A stretch of DNA of 64,000 nucleotides. Origin: Chrysemys picta bellii (Eukaryota). How positions within the stretch are numbered: the first letter of the stretch is position 1; every line of letters begins with the position of its first letter. The DNA lies in NCBI RefSeq assembly GCF_011386835.1, contig NC_088807.1, positions 25,482,001 to 25,546,000 of the forward strand, given 5' to 3'. Shown one piece after another: positions 22,632 through 35,290 of this stretch. Under the pieces are notes generated by a model. It was given only the letters and a program-made list of their open reading frames with translations, did no database searches and was not told where the DNA came from. Made by a program: the position numbers and the translations under genes.

Positions 22632-25600
22632 TCAGGCCACCACGCAGCTCCTGTCCCGAGCCCCCCGCAGCCCCTGGCGCCTTTTTCCCCCTCCCTGCCG
22701 GGGGGGTCCCGCCTCAGCGGCCGGAGGGGGGCTGGCCCCGCCCCGCAGGTGGGGAGGCAGGGGGATGGGCTCCCCGAGGAAGTAGCCTTCCTCCTCCGAG
22801 TCCGAGGAGGAAGAGGAGGAGGAGGAGTCGTGCCAGGGGCCGCCGCGGCCCCGGAGGTAGCGGCGCCGGTGGCTGGGGGGGAAGGCCCCCTCCGAGGCCG
22901 AATAGACCAAGCGCCGCCCCCCCCGGCCCTGCTCCTCCGGGGGGAGCCCCCCCCCAGGCTCCTCCTCCCCCACCAGGTGCAGGGCGTTGTCGGAGGAGGA
23001 GCAGGGCCGGGCGCGGGGACGGCGCCGATGCAGTTGGGCGCTGCGGGACCCCCCCGGCTCGCCCGCCACCAGGGGCTCGCGGAAGCTCACTCGGGGGGCG
23101 GCACCCCGGGGGAAGCCTCCCTCCCCCGCTGCCGCCCCCCCGCCCTCCAGGGCGGGCCCCAGGCTAAGCCGGGGGGAGACCGAGAGCTTGGAGACGGAGC
23201 TGCTGGTCCAGTCGGCCCCCTTGGCCGGGGCCAGGCCTAGCTCGGGCATGGAGTGTCGGTGGGGGACGCCGCGGTGGAAATGGGACGTGGAACCTGGGGG
23301 GAGAGAGACGGGGCGGGGGGTTAGAGACAGGAGCTGCCATGCCGCCCACCTCCCCCCCACCGCTGGGATCCCCCCCCCATCTGTGCACCCCCCGCTGCCC
23401 CCCTCCGGGATTGCTCCCCAGTCTCACCTCCTTCCTCCTCCTCCGGGGGTCGTGGGCAGGTGGAGGTGCCCCGTGAGGTGCATCCGGCCGGCTCACCCCC
23501 CTCCTCCGCCCCGGGGGTCCCGCTCCAGCTGCGCCGCCCGCCAGGGTCCGAGCCCCGGGCTGGGGCAGGGCGGCTGGCGAAGGAGACGGAGCGGGCGACA
23601 GGCGGGCGGCGGAGGGGGGCCCGGCGCCCGTCCTGGGGGCGGGGGCCGTGGAGGGCGGAGTCGCAGGAGTCTGAGGCACTGGCCTCGTCCCCCCCCAGGC
23701 TGCAGCCGCGGGAGCAGAAGATCTGCCCCCCCTTGGGGAGGAAGGGTTTGCCCAGCAGCGGCAGCCGGCAGCGGGTGCAGCAGAAGCAGGTGTCGGTGGC
23801 GTGCCAGTGCTGGCCCTCGTAGGTCATCTGGCCCTGGTTGATGCCTGCGGGGGGCAGAGATGGGGGCACAATGTCACCCAGGACTCCAGGGTTCTATTCC
23901 AGCTCTGGGAGGGGAGAGGGGGCTGGAACGGGGGGTGGGGCTGGGGCTGGGAGCCAGGACCCCTCGGTTCTATTCTGATGCCTGGGTGCTCCCTACACCC
24001 CCCGCCCCCACTTCCCGGGCACCTGCTTTCCTGCTTCATGAATCCCCGGACACCTGGGTCCCTCTGCTGCCTAGGTGCTCCCTCCTTTTCCATTGCCTGG
24101 AGGCCGGGGACCCCCTGCTGCCCGGACACCTGGGTCCTCCACTCTTTATTGTCCCCGGATACCAAGTCTCCCCACTCTCCACAGTCCCTGGATGCCATGT
24201 CCCCCTGCTGCCTAGACACTGGGGTGCCCTGCTCTCCAGGTCCCCAGACAGCAGGACCCCCTGCTACCCAGATGCCGGGGTCCCCCCGCTCTTCGTGGTC
24301 CCCAGATGCCGAGTCCCTCTGCTGCCTAGACACCAGGTCCCCCCGCTCTCCACGGTTCCCGTACACCAGGTCCCCCCACAGCCCGGTGTAGCCCATGGGG
24401 TTACTTTCCTAGCTTCCTATATTATATAATCGGTTTGATCAATTATATGATTTTGGTGTTTCCATTTCAGCAGCCATTATCTCGTTCTACTCGGCTGTAC
24501 GCAAGGAACCTGCAGGCCTGTATCCTGTCTGATTAGCTAGAGTGAGTTAGCACACGTGTCTGTAATCTTTGGCCTAGATAGCTGCGGCCCACCGGTTACC
24601 CCTTGTGACTCTGAATGGGGAACCAAATGTGTTTACCCAAACTCTGGGACGGACCGGTAACCGCAAGGGCATAGAAGTAACGGCTCAGGCCAAAGGAAAC
24701 GCTTTCGAGAACGAGCTAATCGAGATGAATGCGCAGGACTATGTGAGAACGTGCCAGCCCATGAAGTAAGCGTCCCCTATCCAGCTCAGATTTGAGCATG
24801 GACGGCCGGGCACAGGTTCGAATATTCTGGATACTGCCAGGACGCCGTAAGGGAGCGAAGCGCCAGACGCTCTAGAGCGGGACGACGTCTTTGGGGCGCT
24901 GTGATTCGGAGCTTTGGTTACTCGCTCGTTTGGTTGAATGGACTGAACTCGCTTCACTAATTCTGTAGCCTGATTTTGGGACAGTATCTGCTGGTCAGAT
25001 CACTGGCGAGCCTATGATAAATCAGCCCCATATAATCAGGGGTTAACATCGGACGCCGGGGTCCGCCTGTTCTCCACGGTCCCCAGGTCCCCCCACTGCC
25101 CAGACGCTGGGGTCTCCCCGCTCTCCATGGCTCCCAGACACCAGCTCCCCCTGCTACCCGGACGCCGGCGTCTGCCTCTTCTCCACGGTCCCCGGACCCT
25201 GGGTCCCGCCACTTCCCAGATGCCAGGGTCCCCCCACTCTCCATGGCTCCCAGACACCAGCTCCCCCTGCTGCCTGGACGCCGGCGTCTACCTGTTCTCC
25301 ACGGTCCCCACATGCTGGGTCCCCCCACTGGCCGGATGCTGAGGTAACCCCGCTCTCCACGGTCCCCAGAACCCAGGTCCCCCCGCTGCCCGTACGCCGG
25401 GGTCCCCCCGCTCTCCACGGTCCCCAGACCCCGGGCCCCCCCACTCTCCACGGTCCCCAGACCCCAGCTCCCCTCGCTGCCCGGACGCCAGGGTCCCCCC
25501 GCTCTCCACGGTCCCCAGACCCCGGGTCCCCCCGTTGCCCGGACACTGGGGCCCCCCTGCTCTCCACAGTCTCCAGACCCTGGGTCCCCCCGCTGCCCGG

Positions 25601-28600
25601 ACGCCGGGGTCCCCCCGCTCTCCACAGTCTCCAGACCCCGGGTCCCCCCGCTGCCCGGACGCCGGGGTCCCCCCGCTCTCCACGGTCCCCAGACCCCAGC
25701 TCCCCCCGCTGCCTGGACGCCAGGGTCCCCCCCGCTCTCCACGGTCCCCAGACCCCGGGTCCCCCCGCTGCCCAGACGCCAGGGTCCCCCCCGCTCTCCA
25801 CGGTCCCCAGACCCCGGGTCCCCCCGCTGCCCGGACCCCGGGTCCCCCCCGCTCTCCACGGTCCCCAGACCCCGGGTCCCCCCGCTGCCCGGACGACGGG
25901 GTCCCCCCGCTCTCCAGACCCCGGGTCCCCCCACTCTCCACGGTCCCCAGACCCCGGGTCCCCTCACTGCCCAGACGCCAGGGTCTCCCCGCTCTCCACG
26001 GTCCCCAGACCCTGGGTCCCCCCGCTGCCCGGACGCCGGGGTCCCCCTACCGATGGGCTCCCCGCAGGCGTCGCAGTACTCGGCGTAGAGGGCCTGGTAG
26101 CAGCGGCAGCAGTAGGGGCGGCTCTGACGCATGACGTAACGCTGCCCGCCCAGCGCCTCCTCGCACTCGAAGCAGCAGAAATGGCGCATGTGCCAGTGAC
26201 GGCCCTCGGCCTCCGTGCACTCGTCGGCGAAGATGATCTGGAGGGAGATGGAGGCACGTCCCTCTGACCCCCTGTGGGGACCCCCTCAGATTCCCCCCCA
26301 GGCCACCCTCCCGGACCCCACAATCCCAACCACAGAGAACCCGTCTGGACCATCAGATCCCCCCCACCGACCCCCTGATCCCCCCCACCACGCTCCTGCC
26401 CCCTGCAGAGCCCCACCGCCGGCCCCCCGCCCTCACCTCGTCACAGGCCTGGCAGCGGGGTTTGAGGTGCTCGGCGTGGTGCCGCCCGCAGTAGATCTTC
26501 CCCTCCTGGTAGAAGTAGATGAGATCCACCAGCAGCTCCTGGCAGGTCGTGCACTGGAAGCACTGGGGGTGCCAGCAGGCCCCGTGCCCCGCCCGGCTGG
26601 CAAACACCGCGATGTCCCCGCCACGGATCTGCTTCCCGCACTGCCCCGCAGAGAGAGAGAGAGAGACCGGTCACAGGGAGCCAGGCACCTGGCCTGTCCC
26701 CTCTGGGGGGCGCCGGCTCCCATCGGCCCCAGGGCAGGGATTGGCTGGCTCAGGGGGGGTGGGGAGTGGGGCAGGGGCCTGTCCCCTCTGGGGGGCGCCG
26801 GCTCCCACCAGCCCCAGGGCAGGGACTGGCTGGCTCAGGGGGCCGGGGAATGGGGCAGGGGCCTGTCCCCTCTGGGGGGCGCCGTCTCCCATCTGGCCCC
26901 AGGGCAGGGGGCTGGCTAGCGTGGGGGGCAGGGAACAGGGTAGGAGACTGACAGATGCTGCAATGCCCCCTCTGGCCTGTAGGTGTCACTGCTCAGCTAC
27001 TCGCTGACTGGTGCCTCCAAGGGCAGGGGGAGGGGAGCCGAGCTCTGGGCGGGGCTTTGGGCGCAGGCCCCGCCCCTCCTCACCCGACAGATGAGACTGG
27101 GCAGCATGGCCGGGACTGAGTGATCAGCATGGGATCAGAGCTGCCGGGACGTTAGCCAGAGAGAGAACCCAGCCGTCCGGGCTCCCAGCCCCCCCCTGCT
27201 CTAACCACTAGCGCCCACTCCCCTCCCAGAGCCAGGGAGAGAACCCAGGCGTCCGGGCTCCCAGCCCCCCCCGGCTGCTCTAACCACTAGCCCCCACTCC
27301 CCTCCCAGAGCCAGAGAGAGAACCCAGGCGTCCGGGCTCCCAGCCCCCCCCGGCTGCTCTAACCACTAGCCCCCACTCCCCTCCCAGAGCCAGAGAGAGA
27401 ACCCAGGAGTCCTGGCTCCCAGCCCCCCCTGCTCTAACCACTAGACCCCACTCCCCTCCCAGAACTCCCAATCAGCACCCACAACTCCCTGCCTGGCCGA
27501 GGGTGGCGTCCCGGCTCCCACAATGCTTTGCACAGCCCACGGGGGTGGGTTTTTGCTCCCAAAATCCCACTGGGGTAGTGGAGTGGGAGGGGCGAGAGGG
27601 GGCACAGGCGGGGGGGGCGTGCTGGGTACCTGCTCACAGATGGCACCAGTAATGGTGACCGGGAACAGCCGGACCATCCCCCGCCCGAGATTCTCCCGCT
27701 TCCGCTGCTGGGAGAAAAGCTTCAGCTCCTTCTTCTCTTCCTCCTCCAGAGGGCTGCAGTACTGAGCCTGGGACACGGAGACCAACTGAGCCAGCTCCAA
27801 AATACAGCCAGCTCTGGGGTGGGGCAGCCGGGGAACAGCCGCACATAACGGCGCATGGGGACGGCTCGGCCGGCGCTGAGATGCAGCCAGCTCTGGGGTG
27901 GGGCAGCTGGGGAACAGCCGCAGAGACACCACAGACCAGTCTGGGGCGGGAAGAGAGACCAAGGGAGGCCGACTGGAATCCCTTGAACTGGGATTTGGCC
28001 CGGATGCCGGGGTTCGCTCCTGGTCTCTTGGGGGAAAATATGCCAGGGGAACTTTTAGATCAGGATCTCGTTTAGGGCCGCCTCCTGCCGCACGGAGCCG
28101 GCCTGCCAGAGGAGGTGCCCCCCCGCCCAGCCCCCCAGAGCCTGGCCCCTCACCTCGCTGTCGTGGGGGGGCAGCTGGTGCAGGAGCTGGCGGATCCGGT
28201 ACCGCTCTCCAGGACTGTTCACATAGGGCACCTTGTCCTCAGGGAGGCAGCTGAAAAACTGATACACCTGGCGTGGGGAGAAGGGCGGGGGGGGGGGGGG
28301 GGGCGTGAGAGGTGTCAGGCCCAGGGGGCGTGGCCTGGCCACCCCAAGGGGTGGAGTCACAGAGCAGGGTTGGGGCTGGGATGGCCACAGGGGGAGGAGC
28401 TGGAAGGGCGGCGCCGTGCCTTCGATTCCCCCCGCCCCCCCCGTAGGTTATCTCTGGCCCCTATGCGGGCGTGGCTTCGGCCCCCTTGGGGGTGGGTCTA
28501 GGATCCCAATGGGGGGCGGTGTCCATGTACCTATGTGGGCGTGGCTTCCACCTCCAGGAATAAAGGGGTGGGGCTATGGGACACCTCACTACAGGAGGCG

Positions 28601-31600
28601 GGGCTACGACCACAGGGGTGGGGCATGAGACAGGGCTTTGAGTACAGGGGCGGGGCTCTCCCAGGGGGTGGGGGTCACCAGGGGGCGGGGCTTTGGGACC
28701 CCCAGGGGGCAGGGCTCACCTGCTCCGGCTTGAGGCCGGGCGGCACCCAGGCGTACTCCTCGGAGGCGCAGCCCGAGTCGTCGTCGGAGATCGAGTGGCG
28801 CTGGAAGTCCGAGATGAGCCGGCACATCATGCGCTCCAGGTCGACGGGCACCGCCCGCACTGCGTGCTCCTCCCGAGGGCACTTGCAGTGCTGGCAGATC
28901 TTCCTGGGGGCGGGGAGACCCTACAATAACACACCGCCCCCCCAGAGAGACCCTACAATAATGCACCGCCCCCCCGAGAGACCCTACAATAATACACCAG
29001 CCCCACCCCCAGAGAGACCCTACAATAACACACCGCCCCCCCGAGAGATCCTACAATAATGCACCGCCCCCCCCCGAGAGACCCTACAATAATACACCAG
29101 CCCCACCCCCGGAGAGACCCTACAATAACGCACTGCCCCCCCCCCAGAGAAACCCCACAACAATGCAGTGCCCACCCCCAGGGAGACCCTACAATAACAC
29201 ACCAGCCCCCCCCCCCCGGAGAGACCCCACAACAATGCACTGCCCACCCCCAGGGAGACCCTACAATAACACACCAGCCCCCCCCCCGGAGAGACCCTAC
29301 AATAATACACCAGCCCCACCCCGAGAGAGACCCTACAATAATGCACCGCCCCCCCCGAGAGACCCTACAATAATACACCAGCCCCACCCCCAGAGAGACC
29401 CTACAATAACACACCGCCCCCCCGAGAGAGACCCTACAATAATGCATCGCCCCCCCAGAGAGACCCTAGAATAACACACCGCCCCCACAGAGAGACCCTA
29501 CAATAATACACCAGCCCCACCCCCAGAGATACCCCACAACAATGCACTGCCCATCCACAGAGAGACCCTACAATAACACATGCCCCCCCCAGAGAGACCC
29601 GACAATAACACACGCCCCCCTTCGCCCTGGGAGAGACCCTACAATAAACACACTGAAGCAGAGGGTGACTCCTGGAGGACCAGGAGTGGGGCTGTAGGCT
29701 GGGCATGGGTGGGGGAGGGGGTCGGGGAGGAGTGTCTTGGGGAAGGGGTCACAGGGAGGGAGAGCGTCCCTAGGGTCTCTTCCCCCCATGCAGCAGGTGC
29801 AGAGTCTCCTTCAGCCCATTAACCCCAATGGCCTGGGCCTCACAGCGCTACTGGGCTGGAAACGGGGCCCAGCTTGTCTGAGTCCCCCCCCGGGCACCAG
29901 GCCAGGCCCTTTGCTGCCTCATGGGGGGGGGGGAAGTGGGGAGTGCGGGGGGTGCTGGGGGTGAGCGGGGTGGGATGGGCAGGATGCTGGGGGCAGCTGC
30001 GATGGGCAGAGGGGTGGGTGCCGGGGAGCAGAGGGGTGGGTGCCGGGGGGGCAGCGGGGTGCTGGGAGGCAGAGGGGTGGGTGCCGGGGGGGCAGCAGGC
30101 CAGCGCAGGGTCCCTACCTCCATCCGTGCACCAGGAAGCCGGGGCACTGGTCCCCACACGTGTGGCACGGCTGCCCCCGGTCGGGGTCGGCATCTTCGGG
30201 CGGCTGCGGGGCGCAGACACAGAGCGTCACCACCCGCCACGGCCCCCCCACCCTGAAACTGTGGGGTCTGGTGGTTAGAGCAGGGGAGTGGGTCTGGGAG
30301 CCAGGACTCCTGGGTCCCATCGCCGGCTCTGGGCGGGGCGGGGGTGTTTCTCCAGCCCCATGGCCACGCGCCCCGTCTCTGAGCTGCCAAGGCAGAGGCC
30401 GGAGCCCCCCCAAACCCTGCCGGGGGGGCAGGTCTGGGGCAGGGACAGGAGCCACCACCCCTGCACCCAGGGCATTGTGGGAGTCCAGACCCCAACCAGG
30501 GCGCCCCAGGGCATTGTGGGTGAAAATCTCGCCAACCAGGGCGCCCCAGGGATTGTGGGATCCCAGACGCCAACCAGGGCCCCCCAGGGCATTGTGGGAG
30601 TAAAACCCACCACCAAACCCAGCACCCCAGGGGATTGTGGGAGCCGAGCCACCAACCTCAGCCATGCAGGGGGCTCGTGGGAGCCGCGGTGCCGGGCCAC
30701 CTGGGTCCCGCTGGGGCTTGTGGGAGCTCAGACGCCAACCGCGCCGGCCCAGGGCATTGTGGGAGGCGACAGCCGCCCCGCACGCCAGGACCTGCCCCGG
30801 CTCGGCTCAGCGGAGCGTGACGCACGCCGAGAGCTGGGCGGTGGCCAAGGGAGGGGGGCAGAGAGCGGTAGGGGCCGGGGGTTTAACTGGGCGTGTGTAA
30901 TTGGGGGGTACGGGGGGGACCCACCCCTTCCCCTTGGGGAAGGTCACGTCAAGGGGAGACCAAATATGGGGGAGTCGTGCCGAGGAACCCACCCCCTATG
31001 CCAGAGGTGGGGTGGGTCGGGGCAGTGCCCGGCCTGGCAGAGGAGACGAGCCGGGGAAGGGGGTGAATGAGAGAAAGACCGTGGCCCCCTTGACCCTAAT
31101 CACACCTCAGCAACCCGCCCCCCCACACCCCACAGCAACCCCTGCTGGGAGAGGCCGGCACTGGAGTAGCCGGGAGCTCCCCCCACAACCTGCGCTCCTG
31201 CCCCGCTCCCCACAGCAATCCTGTGCCCCTTCTCCAGCCCCCCACCGTCCCTCCCCACTCCGGGTCCCCATACACAGCCCCCCAACCTCCCCCTCCTGTC
31301 CCACGGCCTCTAAGTCAGGACCCCTTTCCCCGGCACAGTGCCCCCAAGCACTGCCCCTCCCAACTCAAGGGCCCCCAAGACACAGATCCCCATCGTCATC
31401 CCCTCTGCCCCCCATTCAGGAAATCCTCTCCCCCCACAGCCCCATCTCCCCCCACGTCCTGTCCCCCTGCCCTCAGACACAGCCCCCTGGCACTCCCTAC
31501 ACAGCTCCCCGTTCCCCCCTCCCCCTCCTCGGCCTCCCCCAAACATGCACAGACCCCCCTTTCCTCCCCCACAGCCCCCGCTGTAACTACACGGCCCCCT

Positions 31601-34544
31601 CCCCCTCCCCACACAGCCCCCTCCCCACACCCCTCGCCAGGGGATTGACCCCAAAGCCGCATTAAACCCGACCCCTTAATACCACCAGCGAGTTAATCCT
31701 GACCCAGATGAGAGACAATCCCCACCCCCAACATCGGGGAGGTGGCGCTGGTGGCTGAAGCAGCCTGGATTATTCCCCACCCCCCCAGCTGTAATTCCAT
31801 CCATGAGGGGTACATTTAATAACCCCCCCCCATTACCTCCACTCAACTGTCCCCCTGGAGAGCTAGAAGCGCCTGGGGGGGTCTGATTGGGGTGATGGAG
31901 GCGGGATACCGGGGTAGACGGGCCCCTGGGTCCGGCCGGGGGCGAGGGAGGCGGGACGCCGGGGCAGACGAGCCCCTGGGTCCGGCCGGGGGCGAGGGAG
32001 GCGGGACGCCGGGGTAGACGGGCCCCTGGGTCCGGCCGGGGGCGAGGGAGGCGGGACGCCGGGGTAGACGGGCCCCTGGGTCCGGCCGGGGGCGAGGGAG
32101 GCGGGACGCCGGGGTAGACGGGCCCCTGGGTCCGGCCGGGGGCGAGGGAGGCGGGACGCCGGGGTAGACGGGCCCCTGGGTCCGGCCGGGGGCGAGGGAG
32201 GCGGGACGCCGGGGTAGACGGGCCCCTGGGTCCGGCCGGGGGCGAGGGAGGCGGGACGCCGGGGTAGACGGGCCCCTGGGTCCGGCCGGGGGCGAGGGAG
32301 GCGGGACGCCGGGGTAGACGGGCCCCTGGGTCCGGCCGGGGGCGAGGGAGGCGGGATCCCGGGGTAGACGGGCCCCTGGGTCCGGCCGGGGGCGAGGGAG
32401 GCGGGATGCCGGGGTAGAGGGGCCCCTGGGTCCGGCCGGGGGCGATGGAGGCGGGATGCCGGGGTAGAGGGGCCCCTGGGTCCGGCCGGGGGCGATGGAG
32501 GCGGGAAGCCGGGGCAGAGGGGCCCCTGGGTCCGGCCGGGGGCGATGGAGGCGGGAAGCCGGGGCAGAGGGGCCCCTGGGTCCGGCCGGCGGGGATGGAG
32601 GCGGGATGCCGGGGCAGACGGGCCCCTGGGTCCGGCCGGGGGCGAGGGAGGCGGGATGCCGGGGTAGAGGGGCCCCTGGGTCCGGCCGGGGCGATGGAGG
32701 CGGGATGCCGGGGTAGAGGGGCCCCTGGGTCCGGCCGGGGCGAGGGAGGCGGGATGCCGGGGTAGACGGGCCCCTGGGTCCGGCCGGGGGCGAGGGAGGC
32801 GGGACGCCGGGGCAGACGGGCCCCTGGGTCTGGCCGGGGGAGAGGGAGGCGGGACGCCGGGGCAGACGGGCCCCTGGGTCCGGCCGGGGGAGAGGGAGGC
32901 GGGACGCCGGGGCAGACGGGCCCCTGGGTCCGGCCGGGGGCGATGGAGGCGGGAAGCCGGGGCAGAGGGGCCCCTGGGTCCGGCCGGGGCGATGGAGCCG
33001 GGACGCCGGGGCAGACGGGCCCCTGGGTCCGGCCGGCGGGGATGGAGGCGGGACGCCGGGGTAGACGGGCCCCTGGGTCCGGCCGGCGGGGATGGAGGCG
33101 GGACGCCGGGGTAGACGGGCCCCTGGGTCCGGCCGGCGGGGATGGAGGCGGGACGCCGGGGTAGAGGGGCCCCTGGGTCCGGCCGGGGGCGATGGAGGCG
33201 GGACGCCGGGGTAGACGGGCCCCTGGGTCCGGCCGGGGGCGAGGGAGGCGGGACGCCGGGGTAGACGGGCCCCTGGGTCCGGGGCGAGGGAGGCGGGACG
33301 CCGGGGTAGACGGGCCCCTGGGTCCGGCCGGGGGCGAGGGAGGCGGGAAGCCGGGGCAGACGGGCCCCTGGGTCCGGCCGGGGGCGAGGGAGGCGGGACG
33401 CCGGGGTAGACGGGCCCCTGGTCCGGCCGGGGGCGAGGGAGGCGGGACGCCGGGCAGACGGGCCCCTGGGTCCGGCCGGGGGCGAGGGAGGCGGGACGCC
33501 GGGGCAGACGGGCCCCTGGGTCCGGCCGGGGGCGAGGGAGGCGGGACGCCGGGGTAGACGGGCCCCTGGGTCCGGCCGGGGGCGATGGAAGCGGGAAGCC
33601 GGGGTATACGGGGGTCTGACGAGGGGCAGCAGAGTGGGAAGTGGGGCAATCGTAACCAGGAGTCGCCCTGCCCCATGTAGGGCAGGTGCCACAGCTGGTT
33701 TGCCCTAGAGGAGGGAAACTGAGTCAGCCAGCTGGGTCAGCTGGTAACATCCCCTGGGGGGAGGGGAGAAAACTCCCCACCTGTCAACAGCAAAACAATC
33801 AGCTCCCCAGTGCCGGCCTGTGCCCCCAGCCCCCTGAACTCCTGCCCCACGGCGCCCCCCAGCGCCCGGCCCTGACTGCCAGCCAGGGGACAGCGACCAC
33901 CCCAGCCCCCTGCCCTCACCCACCCTCCTGCCCCACGGCGCCCCCCAGGGCCCGGCCCTGACTGCCAGGGACAGTGACCCCCCCAGCCCCCTGCCCTCCC
34001 CCACCCTCCTGCCCCACGGCGCCCCCCAGGGCCCGGCCCTGACTGCCAGGGGACAGTGACCCCCCCAGCCCCCTGCCCTCCCCCACCCTCCTGCCCCACG
34101 GTGCCCCCCAGCGCCCGGCCCTGACTGCCAGGGGACAGCGACCCCCCCCAGCCCCCTGCCCTCACCCACCCTCCTGCCCCACGGTGCCCCCCAGCGCCCG
34201 GCCCTGACTGCCAGGGGACAGCGACCCCCCCAGCCCCCTGCCCCTCCCCACCCTCCTGCCCCACGGTGCCCCCCAGCGCCGGCCTGACTGCCAGGGGACA
34301 GCGACCCCCCCAGCCCCCTGCCCTCACCCACCCTCCTGCCCCACGGTGCCTCCCAGCGCCCGGCCCTGACTGCCAGGGGACAGCGACACCCCCCCGAGCC
34401 ACCCGCAGCACGGCGCCCCCCCCGTTCTCCCCTCCCCACGCTGTGCGGGGGGGGGGGGGCAGCCCACCCCCGACCGTCCCCGAGACCCCCCCCAGCACTC
34501 ACGGGGCGGGAGGAGCGTCGGCGCCGAGACCCCCGAGTGAACAT
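22632..34544 (-). CDS. PRICKLE3: Prickle planar cell polarity protein 3 (PET + 3 LIM domains + CaaX), complete, 677 aa
   Basis: Nine in-phase GT-AG exons: 34503-34544 ([14 protein letters not shown]), 30118-30203, 28720-28903 ([13 protein letters not shown]...[12 protein letters not shown]), 28154-28267, 27630-27767, 26437-26640, 26051-26237, 23428-23844, 22632-23293 (...PRVSFREPL...[15 protein letters not shown]...RSCVVA*). The N-terminus, [10 protein letters not shown] and exon layout match PRICKLE3. Confidence 0.96.
24050..26048 (+). repeat. Alternating 33/24-bp minisatellite in PRICKLE3 intron 7, split by the solo LTR
   Basis: GGGTCCCCCCGCTCTCCACGGTCCCCAGACCCC alternating with GGGTCCCCCCGCTGCCCGGACGCC. 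Confidence 0.85.
24387..25048. mobile_element. Probable solo LTR in PRICKLE3 intron 7
   Basis: 662-bp unique, lower-GC block with TG...CA ends (TGTAGCCC...GGGGTTAACA). It interrupts the intronic minisatellite and has a near-perfect 4-bp target-site duplication CCGG/TCGG. Family not identifiable by eye. Confidence 0.65.
28915..29645 (+). repeat. VNTR of about 34 bp in PRICKLE3 intron 2
   Basis: Unit GAGAGACCCTACAATAA(C/T)ACACC(A/G)GCCCC(A)CCCC. Confidence 0.88.
31895..33610 (+). repeat. Homogeneous CpG-rich 50-bp VNTR (about 34 units) in PRICKLE3 intron 1
   Basis: Unit GGCCCCTGGGTCCGGCCGGGGGCGAGGGAGGCGGGACGCCGGGGTAGACG, period 50 (31921, 31971, 32021...). Confidence 0.95.
33840..34390 (-). 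repeat. Minisatellite in PRICKLE3 intron 1 related to the MAGIX and PLP2 VNTRs
   Basis: On -: GGGGGTCGCTGTCCCCTGGCAGTCAGGGCCGGGCGCTGGGGGGCACCGTGGGGCAGGAGGG. Confidence 0.8.
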
Positions 34545-34569
34545 CGTCTGGTGACGGCACCGGCACCGC

Positions 34570-35290
34570 GCCCCCCCCCCCCCAGCTCCTCCCCCGTCCC
34601 CCCCCGTCACGCTCCTCCTTCGCCCCCCCCCCCCCCCGCAGCTCCTCTCCCGGGCCCCCCCGCCACGCTCCTCCTTTGCCCCCCCCGCAGCTCCTCCCCC
34701 GGCCCCCCCCACCGCGCTCCTCCCCCGCCCCCCCGTCACGCTCCTCCTTCGCCCCCCCCGCAGCTCCTCCCCCGGCCCCCCCCGCCACGCTCCTCCTTTG
34801 CCCCCCCCCGCAGCTCCTCTCCCGGGCCCCCCCGTCACGCTCCTCCTTCGCCCCCCCCGCAGCTCCTCCCCCGGCCCCCCCGCCACGCTCCTCCTTTGCC
34901 CCCCCCCGCAGCTCCTCTCCCGGGCCCCCCCGCCACGCTCCTCCTTTGCCCCCCCCGCAGCTCTCCCCCGGCCCCCCCCACCGCGCTCCTCCCCCGCCCC
35001 CCCCGTCACGCTCCTCCTTCGCCCCCCCCGCAGCTCCTCCCCCGGCCCCCCCGCCACGCTCCTCCTTCGCCCCCCCCGCAGCTCCTCCCCCGGCCCCCCC
35101 CGTCACGCTCCTCCTTCGCCCCCCCCCGCAGCTGCTCCCCCCCCGCCACGCTCCTCCCCCGGCCCCCCCGTCACGCTCCTCCTTTGCCCCGCCCGCAGCT
35201 GCTCCCCCCCCGCCACGCTCCTCCCCTGGCCCCCCGTCACGCTCCTCCTTCGCCCCCCCCCATCGCAGCTCCTCTCCCGCCCCCCCCCCA
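34570..35290 (+). repeat. C-rich VNTR of about 48 bp immediately upstream of the PRICKLE3 start codon
   Basis: Unit CACGCTCCTCCTTCGCCCCCCCCGCAGCTCCTCCCCCGGCCCCCCCGC. Confidence 0.88.

Noticed and set aside
24739-24957. 72-aa ORF inside the solo LTR
   Set aside because: No recognisable domain; a chance ORF in non-coding sequence.
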